From Octopus sinensis (taxonomy: Eukaryota): DNA of 64,000 nucleotides. This document shows, one piece after another, positions 52,909-64,000 of the stretch. The notes under the pieces were generated by a model. It was not told where the DNA came from. It did no database searches and saw only the letters and a list, made by a program, of their open reading frames with translations. The position numbers and the translations under genes are program-made. Location: positions 38,812,001 through 38,876,000 of the forward strand of contig NC_043015.1 of assembly GCF_006345805.1 (NCBI RefSeq), given 5' to 3'. Within the stretch, counting starts at the first letter, position 1; each line of letters starts with the position of its first letter.

Positions 52909-54440
52909 GTAATGTAGTTAATGAGCAAGTGACAGATACAGGGTTTGAGTCAGCCTATTTCAATGGTTCAGATGGGAGGAGGGACAGTGCCCATAACCAC
53001 TGGGAAATTGATATGGCTGGTGTGCAGTGTAGGATGGTTGGGAATGGAATTCCAGAAGGATGACAGTCCAGGGAGGAAAGATTGGATGAAGTGGTAAATG
53101 TAGGCTCCAAGGAGAAGTTACAAGAGAGTAATGACAAGTGGAGAGACAGGTACATGGGATAAACGTCCCAGGTGTGGAATCAATACTCCACTGTTGGGCT
53201 TTCTAGACGATCAGCAAATAATTAGAACTGAAATATTTTCTAGCATTGAAGAGGAATTTAGTTTGGAACGTAGTTTTCGCTGTTATGAATGAGAAACCGT
53301 CAGTAAAGATTGGTATTTGAGCAGTTTAGTATTTGTAGTGACTTTGAGGGATTTGGTTGTATATAGTCCACCAAATCACATCCTTACCATCACTATCTTC
53401 AAGTAGAAAGAAGGACAGATGAGAACTGGATGCATCTTTGCTCAAAGCGCCGGAATATCCAAGACTGTATCATAATTAGGCAACAGGGCAGGTGTGATGT
53501 ACACATTACACAGGTAATTTGAGGGGGCAAACTGTAGCATCGACTACTAATAAAGATAGCCTTCGAGGTGGTCACCAAAAGATACAGGACCTGATCTCAC
53601 AAAGTCATTAAACAAGCAGCAGTGAAGTTGGTGAACAAGTTTGTAAAAGCCATCCTAGAAAAAAATACGAACGAAGCTCTGGAACGATGGAAAAAACAAC
53701 AAAGGCCTCGAATAAACAAGATTTTGTCCTATAGTATACGACACAGCAAAACAGAGCTTGGAAAAGTTAACACCAAGATGGCTTTGAATGCGAGGTTATT
53801 ACTCTTGCTTCATTTTTAGAACATTGAATTCAAGCTCAATAGAAATGTCTCTAGGCTTCAAATTCAATCAAAATCCTGCTAAATTCAGAGAAGCCAAGAA
53901 TGAACCGCCCCTTGTTACTATTTTCAATTACAGAATGGAACTTCAATAATGTCTGTGAGATTTATAGGCCCACACACCCCAGCGGTTTACTCAGTAAGTG
54001 CTAGGAGATGGATTAACAGAGTTTCACAGGGAAAGAGAAACACACGACTGCTTTGAAGAATATTTCCAGCAAAGTTTGATTTGAGAAAACTAAGTTTCCT
54101 AGGATGAAAGAGATTTTTAGACAGTGAAACCTCCGCGAAGTCTTTTCGGTACGGGAAATTAGAGTAGACCTCCGACTAAAATATAAAGAGAACGACTAAA
54201 ACACAAAGAGAAGGCTTCCCACAATTTGGAACTTAAACAATGACACTCCCCGTTGTTCAGTTATTCACTTTTAATACTACGAATCGTGACTAATTAAGAG
54301 CAGACATCGTGACTATAATTAAGAGCAAAGAATTATAGTCTTTGGACTATAATTCTTGTTTGTGTATTAAGTAATTGAAACATGGTAGTCTAACTGAATT
54401 TAATGGTAAATAGACAAAAGAATTTCTATGAAATACTTAC

Positions 54441-54487
54441 ATAAATGAAGAGGAAACCCAGGAACTGTGAAGAGTTTGTAAGAAATT
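54441..54487 (-). other. Probable 5'-UTR exon of the serpin gene
   Basis: 47-nt segment bounded on the minus strand by ctttcttcaattacag| and |gtaagt. Confidence 0.6.
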
Positions 54488-55184
54488 CTGTAATTGAAGA
54501 AAGTCGGTGCTTGTTTGCAAGGGGAGGTAATTCGTTTGAAGAGTCGCAACTCTTCTCTTCAAGTTGTACTCCACTCTAACAGCCACACTCAGCTCTTCTC
54601 TTCAAGTTGTACTCCACTCTTTGAGTCGTACTCAACCGAATTATATGTCAGAAAAATTAACTGGATGTGGTTTATTCCATCCTTATGTCTTGACATAAAG
54701 CATTGATAATTTTTTTTTGTTAATCAGATTTCAGTATGTTACAATAAAAATTCAGTGAAAAAGAATAGAATTTACAAAAGTTAAGAAAAAAAAATGCAAA
54801 AAAGCAGTAAAGAAAATGATTTGAAATGAATAAATACATAAACAAGAAAAAGTTATGTACACTGTTTCAGTTTTTCGTCGGTCCTGAGAAGTTGTCTCAA
54901 AATAAATTATTGCCACAGCCCAAAGTAGAGTGTGATTGTAGTAAAGTCAAAAAATGTTGCCAGCGGCCTTGCATCGGCGAATGTCTCAAAAGCTACAGGT
55001 TTTAGGATTAAAGAAATCAAAGTTGGTTTCAGTAGAATTGGATCCTTGAGGTGCGAGGCGCCGAACATCTGTTGGGAAACATCTAATATGCCTCTTTCTC
55101 CATTTTAGCAATAGTCCAGAAAATACTTTTAATACAAATTAAGTCTGATCAAATCAAACAGGATCTTTCAAGCTTCTGGAAATG

Positions 55185-55216
<32 letters not shown>

Positions 55217-55989
55217 AAATGTGTTAACTAAAATAATTCTTATACTGAAGACGTAGGAGTGGCTGTGTGGTAAGTAGCTTGCTTACCAACCACATGGTTC
55301 CGGGTTCTCTGTGTGTGTATGTATATGTATATGTCTGTGTTTGTCCCCCCCCCAACAACCGATGCTAGTGTGTTTACGTCCCCGCCACTGAGAAGTTCGA
55401 CAAGAGAGTACTAGGCTTACAAAGAATAAGTCCTGGGGTCGATTTGCTTGACTAAAGATGGTGACTGGAACAATTAAAAGAATAAAAGAATACGATATTT
55501 TAAGATTGGTGGAGCGTCGAACAAAATATAGACTAGCTTTGTCTTTCAGCACCTGGGGAATAAAGTGAGGTGCAAATGGAATTATAAACTGCTTTTGTAA
55601 ATTGAGTTTTTTCGATAAACGAAACATTTGTCTATAGCAAACGTGACAAGAAAAAAGTTATCTCCAGCCTCATAAATTTGACCTCTTTCAATTTAATTTC
55701 TAACAATTCAACAATTCTCAGTCGTATTTTAGTGTAGCATTAATTAACAGTTTCTCATTCCGTTTTCCTTTCAAATATTTTGGAAATTAATGAAATATTT
55801 TATAAGAATTTCTTTCAATATCTGATTAGCAGTCCATTAGGAGTTATTTCCCTTTACCCGCCAAAATCCTTTACTTTTTGGAACTTCAGAATTTTTGTAC
55901 CGTTTCATTTCAGCAGTTGTAGATTCAATGTTGGATGAGAATCCAACGATGCTGCTACTGTCTGTAGACCACAATATGTCAACGCTTAC

Positions 55990-56260
55990 CAACTGCGGTT
56001 TGGACGGAGTTGTCCTGTAGTTGGGTAGTACTTTGCCCTGGCTATTTGCACCAAAGCAGAATTAGAAATGAGAAAGCCAAAATAAATGCTGCCCGACGCC
56101 GTAGGAATTTCGCAAATCCACCTTTGAATTGGGATTGTATTTATTAACCCCGTAAGGACGAACGGCAAATCTGCTGTCTCGAATGAAGTTCAAATATTTC
56201 TCCGATCGAATTTTGCTCTCAGTTTTTTCATTGTGAAAACCCAACTCGACTGCCCGAGTT
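55990..56260 (-). other. Probable first (non-coding) exon of the serpin gene
   Basis: CpG-containing unique sequence ending in the donor TTG|gtaagc (intron starts 55989). Splicing to the 54487 exon creates an in-frame TGA upstream of the serpin ATG. The 5' boundary is approximate. Confidence 0.45.
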
Positions 56261-57069
56261 TCTTAACTAAATAGTGTATTTTTTTTTCATTGATAAAAGT
56301 TACGCATTTGCACGGAAGGACAATATTCGATTGAATATTACTGGTATTGCTTTTGGTGACCAGAAGCTAACAAGCAAAGTCAATTCTAATTTGATTTGAA
56401 GAACCGAAAGGAGCTTCTTGGCAGAAACTAGTTATTCTGCTAACGCGAAAGTAAATTGTGTTACGTACGTATTAGTGCGTGTGTGTATGCACACACACAA
56501 ACACACACACACACACAACAACACACACACACACACGTGTACGTATGTAATTATGCATGTCGTATTTAATACATACTTCTGATTCAGTTTGTTGTATTCT
56601 GCCTAAATTGGATTTTTGCGGCCCTTGGAGCGAATAAAGACATTGGTCAGTGTATAAGTGTGTGTGTATGTTTGTCCTCACGACGCCTGTCCCTGTCAGT
56701 GTTTGCGTTTGCTGTTAGCATTTCAGGTTTTTAATGCTCGTATCTCTATATTTATGGGGGCCAAAATTGCTGGCTCATATTCTACCTGGATGTCAGGTCT
56801 GAGATAGAGTAAAGAAAATTAGGTGCCGGTGTAGTATGTGATCTTTATGCCATTGAGATCTACAGCGACTTTAATCTAGACTACCTTCTAGTCTACTTTC
56901 AAAATTTTGTTATAATTTTGCAATTGCAATTAGAGGAGTGAGTTAAACATTCAAAAAGCAAAAGGAAAAAAAATGTTTTATTGAGTTTTATTTCATAGGA
57001 GAAACATGAATACTTATGACTCTTTGTATACAGCACGGATAGCATTTAAGAATGCAATAAAGAGATTTT

Positions 57070-57450
57070 ACTCTCTTACTTGTTTCAGTCATTTGGCTGC
57101 GGCCATGCTGGAGCACCGCATTTAGTCGAGCAAATCGACCCCAGGACTCATTCTTTGTAGACCTAGCACTTATTATATAAGTTTCTTTTGTCGAACCGCT
57201 AAGTTACGGGGACGTAAACACACCAGCATCGGTTGTCAAGCGATGTTCGGGGTACGAACACAGACACACAAACATCATACATACATACGACGGGCTTCTT
57301 TCAGTTTCCGTCAACCAAATCCACTCACAAAGCTTTGGTCGGCCCGAGGCTATAGTAGAAGACACTTGCCCAAGGTGCCACGCAGTGGGACCGAACCCGC
57401 AACCATGTGGTTGGTTAGCAAGCTACTTACCACACAGCCACTCCTGCTCA
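57070..57450 (-). mobile_element. SINE family C copy
   Basis: Reverse complement of the family C pattern. Confidence 0.87.
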
Positions 57451-57600
57451 TTTGATTTTAAAACCTTCCAACAAATGAAATCTAAACGAGATCGAAATGC
57501 TTGCAGTTTTAAATGTGGATCAAAAAGTCGGCGTAGATCACAAACTACATCATTTGAACTAATGTAGACCACAAGATGTACCAGACACGTGAATGCAGCT

Positions 57601-57840
57601 TAAGGTGGCGGGCTGGCAGAACCGTTAGCACGCCGGTCGAAATGCTTGGCAGTATTTTGCCTGTCGTTGCGTTCTGAGTTCAAATTCCGCCGAGGTCGAC
57701 TTTGCCTTTCATCCTTTCGGGGTCGATTAAATAAGTACCAGTTACGCACTGGGGTCGTTCTAATCGACTTAATCCCTTTGTCTATCCTTGTTTGTCCCCT
57801 CTATGTTTAGCCCCTTGTGGGCAATAAAGAAATAAGAAAC
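57601..57840 (+). mobile_element. SINE family B copy
   Basis: ggcgggctggcagaaccgttagc...gttctgagttcaaattccgccgaggtcgactttgcc...aaagaaataag. Confidence 0.88.
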
Positions 57841-58384
57841 ATGTCTGTAGAGCACACCGGCACCGAAAATTATCTGTTATGTCGATGAAGTTTAAAGAAC
57901 TTCAGGAACCCTCGTCACCTACCTGAATATTTCTTTACGTAAACACTACAAGAATTGAATTCAAATACCAAATGAGATTCCTAGCAGCCGATAATATTTT
58001 TCTCTTCCTTTATTCATTCGATGGCATTAATCGAAGATCGGTAAATTATCCTAGAATCTTTATTTCCAGTTGTATTCCTCTTCTTTATTCTTATAATGTT
58101 CCTAACTTATTGTTCTCAAATAGTTCAGATGTTTTCTCGTTTTACGTTCCAAAATGAAATGAATACCACTTATTATTTGACGCTTAACCATTTTCTTCTT
58201 ATTAAAGTTCTGCAGGTTTCTTTATGCTGTGTTTGTAATCCTAGATGTCCTAATTGACTTTGGTTCTCAAACTGAAAAATACCAGGCTCCCCAACTCTCA
58301 AACATATTCGCGAAGATTTTTGCTTCACATCTCATCATTTGTAAAGGAGATGACGGGTAACCCTCATGCTTGCACGCGCGCACA

Positions 58385-58450
<66 letters not shown>

Positions 58451-58698
58451 GAAACATTCCTGTCTCAACCTGGGACCTTGAAGACTGCTTAAATGCAAGA
58501 AAGCATAGTAGTGCCCTAATATTTTATATTCAATATTTCATCTTTTCAATAAGATAATCAATACTTCATTTCATTTTACTATATATATACTATTTATACT
58601 ATATATTCTATATTCCACATTAATATTATAAAGAATATAAATAAAATATAAAAAAACAGAGTTGGAATTCCTTTGAATAATATATATCCCTCTATACA

Positions 58699-59088
58699 GT
58701 GGAGGCGCAATGGCCCAGTGGTTAGGGCAGCGGACTCGCGGTCATAGGATCGCGGTTTCGATTCCCAGACCGGGCGTTGTGAGTGTTTATTGAGCAAAAA
58801 CACCTAAAGCTCCACGAGGCTCCGGCAGGGGATGGTGGTGATCCCTGCTGTACTCTTTCACCACAACTTTCTCTCACTCTTACTTCCTGTTTCTGTTGTA
58901 CCTGTATTTCAAAGGGCCGGCCTTGTCACACTCTGTGTCACGCTGAATATCCCCGAGAACTACGTTAAGGGTGCACGTGTCTGTGGAGTGCTCAGCCACT
59001 TACACGTTAATTTCACGAGCAGGCTGTTCCGTTGATTCGGATCAACCAGAACCCTCATCGTCGTAAGCGGCGGAGTGCTTCCATCCAC
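58699..59088 (+). mobile_element. Full-length family A SINE with 11-bp TSD
   Basis: TSD CCCTCTATACA at 58688-58698 and 59089-59099. Confidence 0.9.
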
Positions 59089-59122
59089 CCCTCTATACAC
59101 AACCATACAAATCCCTTTATAT

Positions 59123-59177
<55 letters not shown>

Positions 59178-59425
59178 GAAACATTCCTGTCTCAACCTGG
59201 GACCTTGAAGACTGCTTAAATGCAAGAAAGCATAGTAGTGCCCTAATATTTTATATTCAATATTTCATCTTTTCAATAAGATAATCAATACTTCATTTCA
59301 TTTTACTATATATATACTATTTATACTATATATTCTATATTCCACATTAATATTATAAAGAATATAAATAAAACATAAAAAAACAGAGTTGGAATTCCTT
59401 TGAATAATATATATCCCTCTATACA

Positions 59426-59815
59426 GTGGAGGCGCAATGGCCCAGTGGTTAGGGCAGCGGACTCGCGGTCATAGGATCGCGGTTTCGATTCCCAGACCGG
59501 GCGTTGTGAGTGTTTATTGAGCAAAAACACCTAAAGCTCCACGAGGCTCCGGCAGGGGATGGTGGTGATCCCTGCTGTACTCTTTCACCACAACTTTCTC
59601 TCACTCTTACTTCCTGTTTCTGTTGTACCTGTATTTCAAAGGGCCGGCCTTGTCACACTCTGTGTCACGCTGAATATCCCCGAGAACTACGTTAAGGGTG
59701 CACGTGTCTGTGGAGTGCTCAGCCACTTACACGTTAATTTCACGAGCAGGCTGTTCCGTTGATTCGGATCAACCAGAACCCTCATCGTCGTAAGCGGCGG
59801 AGTGCTTCCATCCAC
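59426..59815 (+). mobile_element. Duplicate of the 58699 SINE (part of the tandem duplication)
   Basis: Same sequence and same TSD at +727 bp. Confidence 0.88.
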
Positions 59816-59844
59816 CCCTCTATACACAACCATACAAATCCCTT

Positions 59845-59876
<32 letters not shown>

Positions 59877-59916
59877 TAAATTAGATATATATATATAATT
59901 TATTTTAGCCCGAATA

Positions 59917-60788
59917 CAAGGTGTTTGGGTTAAATTTGACGACTTTTTATGTATCCTTTTTTGTTTTTTTTGGAACAGTTTGATGTATTGGTGAACAATC
60001 AACGGCATTGGAGAGCAGAAAAATTATAGTTGTGGTCGAGAAAAAGTTAGCTAACATGGAGGACTGGAAGCCATCCGAATATTGGGAAAGAGTAACCTGC
60101 ATCGTGATGATTCGCGTCGGGTATCGAAACACCGACATCATGACTACTGCTCAATGCTTTGGAAACATTGTAAAGGCTGTAAAGACATGATACGGACAGC
60201 TGCAACGGGGACTACAGCAAGAAGTGACACAGAAGGCGTCCACACACTGCGTCCACAGGGCAGGATTCATAGCCACATCTTTGAAGAGGGCCTTGGGCTC
60301 GCTTCGGGCGGTTCTGTGAAGCTGCTGGAGAATGTGATCAATGTCTGGTTGGACAGAGTTGCTGCTGAAAGGCCATATGTGTGGCAGCAGGATTCGGTTC
60401 CTGGCCATACCTCCGGAAAGAGTCAGAAGTGGTGGTCGGCGAATTTCGTTGACTTCACCAGCACCGATTTGTGACTTTCTAATTCCATCGATTGTAATCG
60501 CATGGATTACTATGTGTGGGGCGCGGTTAACAAGGACACCAATCACTCTGCTTGCAACATCCAGGAGGTGTTCAAAGACCTTCCCAGACACACAGTGAGG
60601 AATGCTTGTACCAGGTTCCAGAGCCATCCCAAGGCTGATGTGATGGAAGCTGAGGACGGCTGCTTCGAGCAAACACTGATAATTTAGCTGATAGTTTCTG
60701 GTTCTTTAAAAATACTTATTTTTTTGGATAGCATATTGTGTTTTCTTTACCTTTTATGCAAACAGTCAAATTTAACCTGAACACCGTG
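59917..60788 (+). mobile_element. Internally deleted Tc1/mariner-superfamily (maT/DD37D-like) DNA transposon
   Basis: TIRs CAAGGTGTTTGGGTTAAATTTGAC / GTCAAATTTAACCTGAACACCGTG with TA on the left. Decayed transposase YVWQQDSVPGHTS..SQKW and MDYYVWGAV. Confidence 0.82.
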
Positions 60789-61003
60789 TGTGTGTCCATC
60801 GGATATTGGTTAAGAATCTAAAGAAATACTCAATACAAACGTAAAGTGCAGAAGTTTCTTTAAGCTGGTCCAGTGGCTTCTTCTCACCCTAGAGTTTCCA
60901 CAGTGTATCAACTTTTTCTCCGACATGTCAAATTGAGTCCGTTTTGACTTCATCGAAGAAACGGCGACACGCCGTGGAAGCACCAGAGTAAGTGGCCACT
61001 GGA

Positions 61004-61116
<113 letters not shown>

Positions 61117-61379
61117 CTTTTACGTCCTGTTCTTGTCACTTTTCTGCAAAAGAATGTTATTTAATTCATTTTGCAGGAAGGATTGCTTCGGCCGGATCGT
61201 GTTCTGCCCTTACCTTCGAAACACGCATTGAGTCGAAACGGGCAGCTGATGAAGGGGAATATTCCTTGTATTGTTTGTCTTGTACTCTGTTTTTTCGTTG
61301 TTAAAAAAATTCCGTTTCCTTGTTTGATTGTATGTTTTCGTTTCTCGTTGTGTTCTACGTTTATTTGTGGTGTCCTGTA

Positions 61380-61466
<87 letters not shown>

Positions 61467-61722
61467 CATATATAATATTTATGTATATATATGTATGTAT
61501 ACACATAGATGTAGGTATACACATATTTTATTTTTTAAATTGTTATTATATATATATATATATATACGTGTGTATGTGTGTGTCTGTGTTTGTGGGTGCG
61601 CGCGTGTGTGTGTGCGTCTGTGTAGATCTGTTTGTAGGTGGGTGTGTATGTGTGTGTTTGTGCGCACACATGGCGGAGAGAGAAAGAAAGAAAGAGAGAG
61701 AGAAAGAAAGAAAGAGAGAGAG

Positions 61723-61757
<35 letters not shown>

Positions 61758-62049
61758 GCATGATGTGTGTGTGTTTGAATTTATAGATGGGAAACTTCCT
61801 GCTAGAGAAGGAAAACAGTGAATCACTGAATCGTGGTTTGCCAAACACTAACAGGAATAAGCGTCACTCAGGTTGGCATATACATGAGCGCGCGCACCCA
61901 CACACTTATACACTGACCAATGTCTTTATTCGCCTCAAGGGCCGCAAATACAAAGACAAAGGATTGTGGAGAATTACATATGGACGTGTAAATAATAAAA
62001 CAATAATAATTCACAAAAATTTGATGAGAACAAAATTCTCCAATTGGGG

Positions 62050-63190
62050 CAAGTAAGGAACCTCACCAACCCGGGACCACCCCGACCCCTAAGGTCAACG
62101 TGGATAAATACCCCGTTTACAAAAAGTGAAATAACTCCAGTAATTCAGCACAGAAAACTACATTAATGTACCAAATTAAAAATTTTCGATAAACTTTAAT
62201 TTTTGAAACCTTGACAACCAAACGGAAAAGATCTGCCCATCTCTGCCAAAAGTGGGTTGCCAGACAGCCAAAACCATTCTACACGTGACACCAGCTGTTC
62301 GATATAACTTCACGAGTCAGCAATGGTCAAATGCTCTATGAGCACGTGCAAGACGGTTTCGTCACCCTGCTCGCATCTTGGGTAAGCACGGACGACAACA
62401 CTAATATGCTTGTAGAGTTTATCTTGAACCGGTAATTCCGCATCCACCTCACCTTAGTACTGCCAGGGATTTCTGAAAATTATCCACAGGAGCTCTGCGC
62501 CTAAAGACCTCTGAAACAGACCAGCCAGCTCGTTTTCATCGACACTCGGAGTTTCTCAAGGACGCCATCGCTCTTGGCCGCCGCTAATCCCCTATAAAAC
62601 GCCATGGTGGAACTTCCACAGACTGCTTTGCCCAATTAGTAGAGGACTGTGATCGCTTGACACTAAGTGTCAGGTGCCCTGCCTCGGTCTCCACTTGAAG
62701 CAGGACTGCCGCTATGAAAGAGACGAGCAGTAGAAAAGTGATTCTGACAAATGAGGACAACACCTGCTCACCGTCAAGGAAGCGCCGAGGATATCGTAGA
62801 CGCAGCGCATGTCTGTGCATCATTAGCCATGAAATGTCCAATCCTCTATGGAGCGGGTGACAGCAATGGATCGCCTGAGCAGCAGAGCCTGTCTCTTCGA
62901 CAAAAAGCAGAATAGCAAGCGGATCAATCTGGCCAGCAATGAAGCAGGACAAAGCATGACAATCAGGCGGTTGTAGATGATGTGCCGATTTTTTCTCTCT
63001 AGCGACCTACGTTTCGATGCCCGGATTGATCTGAAGCACTTCACTATTTGCTGCTGTATCGATTGCGCTATTTTCTGTCTTTTCAATCCTATCCATTTGT
63101 AAAAGATTGTTTTGTGGTCGGATTCTGGTGGACGAATCCTGGGATATTTAGTGATATATCTTTGTCAAACTTCACGAGGAAGTTTTTAGC
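62050..63190 (-). mobile_element. Decayed L1/Tx1-like LINE ORF2 3' part (RT C-terminus plus zinc finger)
   Basis: The minus strand encodes LPVQDKLYKH...PRCEQGDETVLHVL (resembling the CCHC finger typical of L1/Tx1 ORF2), with frameshifts. Confidence 0.6.
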
Positions 63191-64000
63191 CTTTTTTAAA
63201 AAAAAAAAATCCTCGGCGGATATAAAGTATATTCCTTTTGTGAAGCCGTTAACAATCTATTTATTAATCGCAGTATTTTTTTTTTAATTTTTATTGTGTT
63301 GCTGTTAATGGTGGCTCTGGTGTTGAGTTGTTTGTTGTTGTTGTTGCAATGCTGCTGGAATATGCAGGGGAATTGAGACATCAACTTAATTCGTCATCTT
63401 TCTGTTTTTCATTGTTGTAGTTTTTCTTTGTTGTTACTGTTGTTGTTTCAGCCAGAATTGGTGGGGGTGGTCGTGGTGAGAAAGGAAGCGGTAAGACGGA
63501 TCTTTCAATCTGTGTAATCTCACTTCCCTGGTTTTCCACCGGACAAATCGATACGATGCTTTCTTTTTTTTTTTAATTTAAAAAAGAAATGAGTAAATTT
63601 CAGAAAAATAACTGCAAATTCAGACCCAGTCAGAGCAGGTCAGTTGTCATGCGCCGCTGCAGTAGTGCATCGCTGCAACCACCATTTATCGGTATCTGCT
63701 CGGATCATCCCGGGTCCAAAATTTTTTTCACAAGAGTTCCGGATATCCGGTAATGAATTCATTTGCATACAGCCAATCAGAGCTCACATTGACCTTGTTG
63801 TCAAGTTAACAAAGGTTGGCATTCAAAATGGCGACCTCCGATTGCTAATGGTGTATTGTGCTCTCATTCAGGTGCCAACATCATCGAGGGTGGTGTGCTC
63901 GCAACCCTCTCCCCTTACTGTTTTACAAAGTAAACAACATCACAAATAACTAACGGAGAGGCAGCATTATTAAAAGAGAAAAGAAGGCATGGTCCTTCCT

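Larger units (their letters stand above)
58448..59870. repeat. 727-bp near-perfect tandem duplication bounded by (TA)n
   Basis: Units begin GTTGAAACATTCC at 58448 and 59175. The ORF track shows the same ORFs offset by 727. Confidence 0.92.

Noticed and set aside
59951-59960. GTATCCTTTT U12-like donor
   Set aside because: It lies inside a Tc1/mariner element just after the TIR, with no exon context.
63644-63949. 101-aa ORF at the window end
   Set aside because: Non-ATG start and no recognisable domain or splice context. The region looks regulatory.

Overview
Eukaryotic, AT-rich, repeat-dense genomic DNA. The SINE/RTE landscape and the (TA)n/(CAT)n microsatellites point to an octopus (coleoid cephalopod); this is inference. 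Three protein-coding genes were reconstructed by hand from splice sites and reading frames. (1) SERP1/RAMP4: minus strand, 3 coding exons, 64 aa. (2) EIF2A: plus strand, 18 coding exons, about 559 aa, transcribed divergently from SERP1 as in human. (3) A serpin: minus strand, single coding exon, 413 aa, with a signal peptide, a C-terminal HDEL and a non-canonical hinge. EIF2A has two consecutive minor-spliceosome (U12) introns, one GT-AG and one AT-AC, flanking one 102-nt exon. The AT-AC intron holds a probable tRNA-Phe/RTE-LINE retro-chimera. Other notable items: a G.U-rich branched RNA structure in EIF2A intron 16, a candidate poison exon and a UPRE in SERP1, a 466-bp foldback downstream of the serpin, several MITEs and a 727-bp tandem duplication. 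Almost all short ORFs in the supplied track are artefacts of repeats. No database searches were run; homology calls come from recalled protein and RNA motifs.
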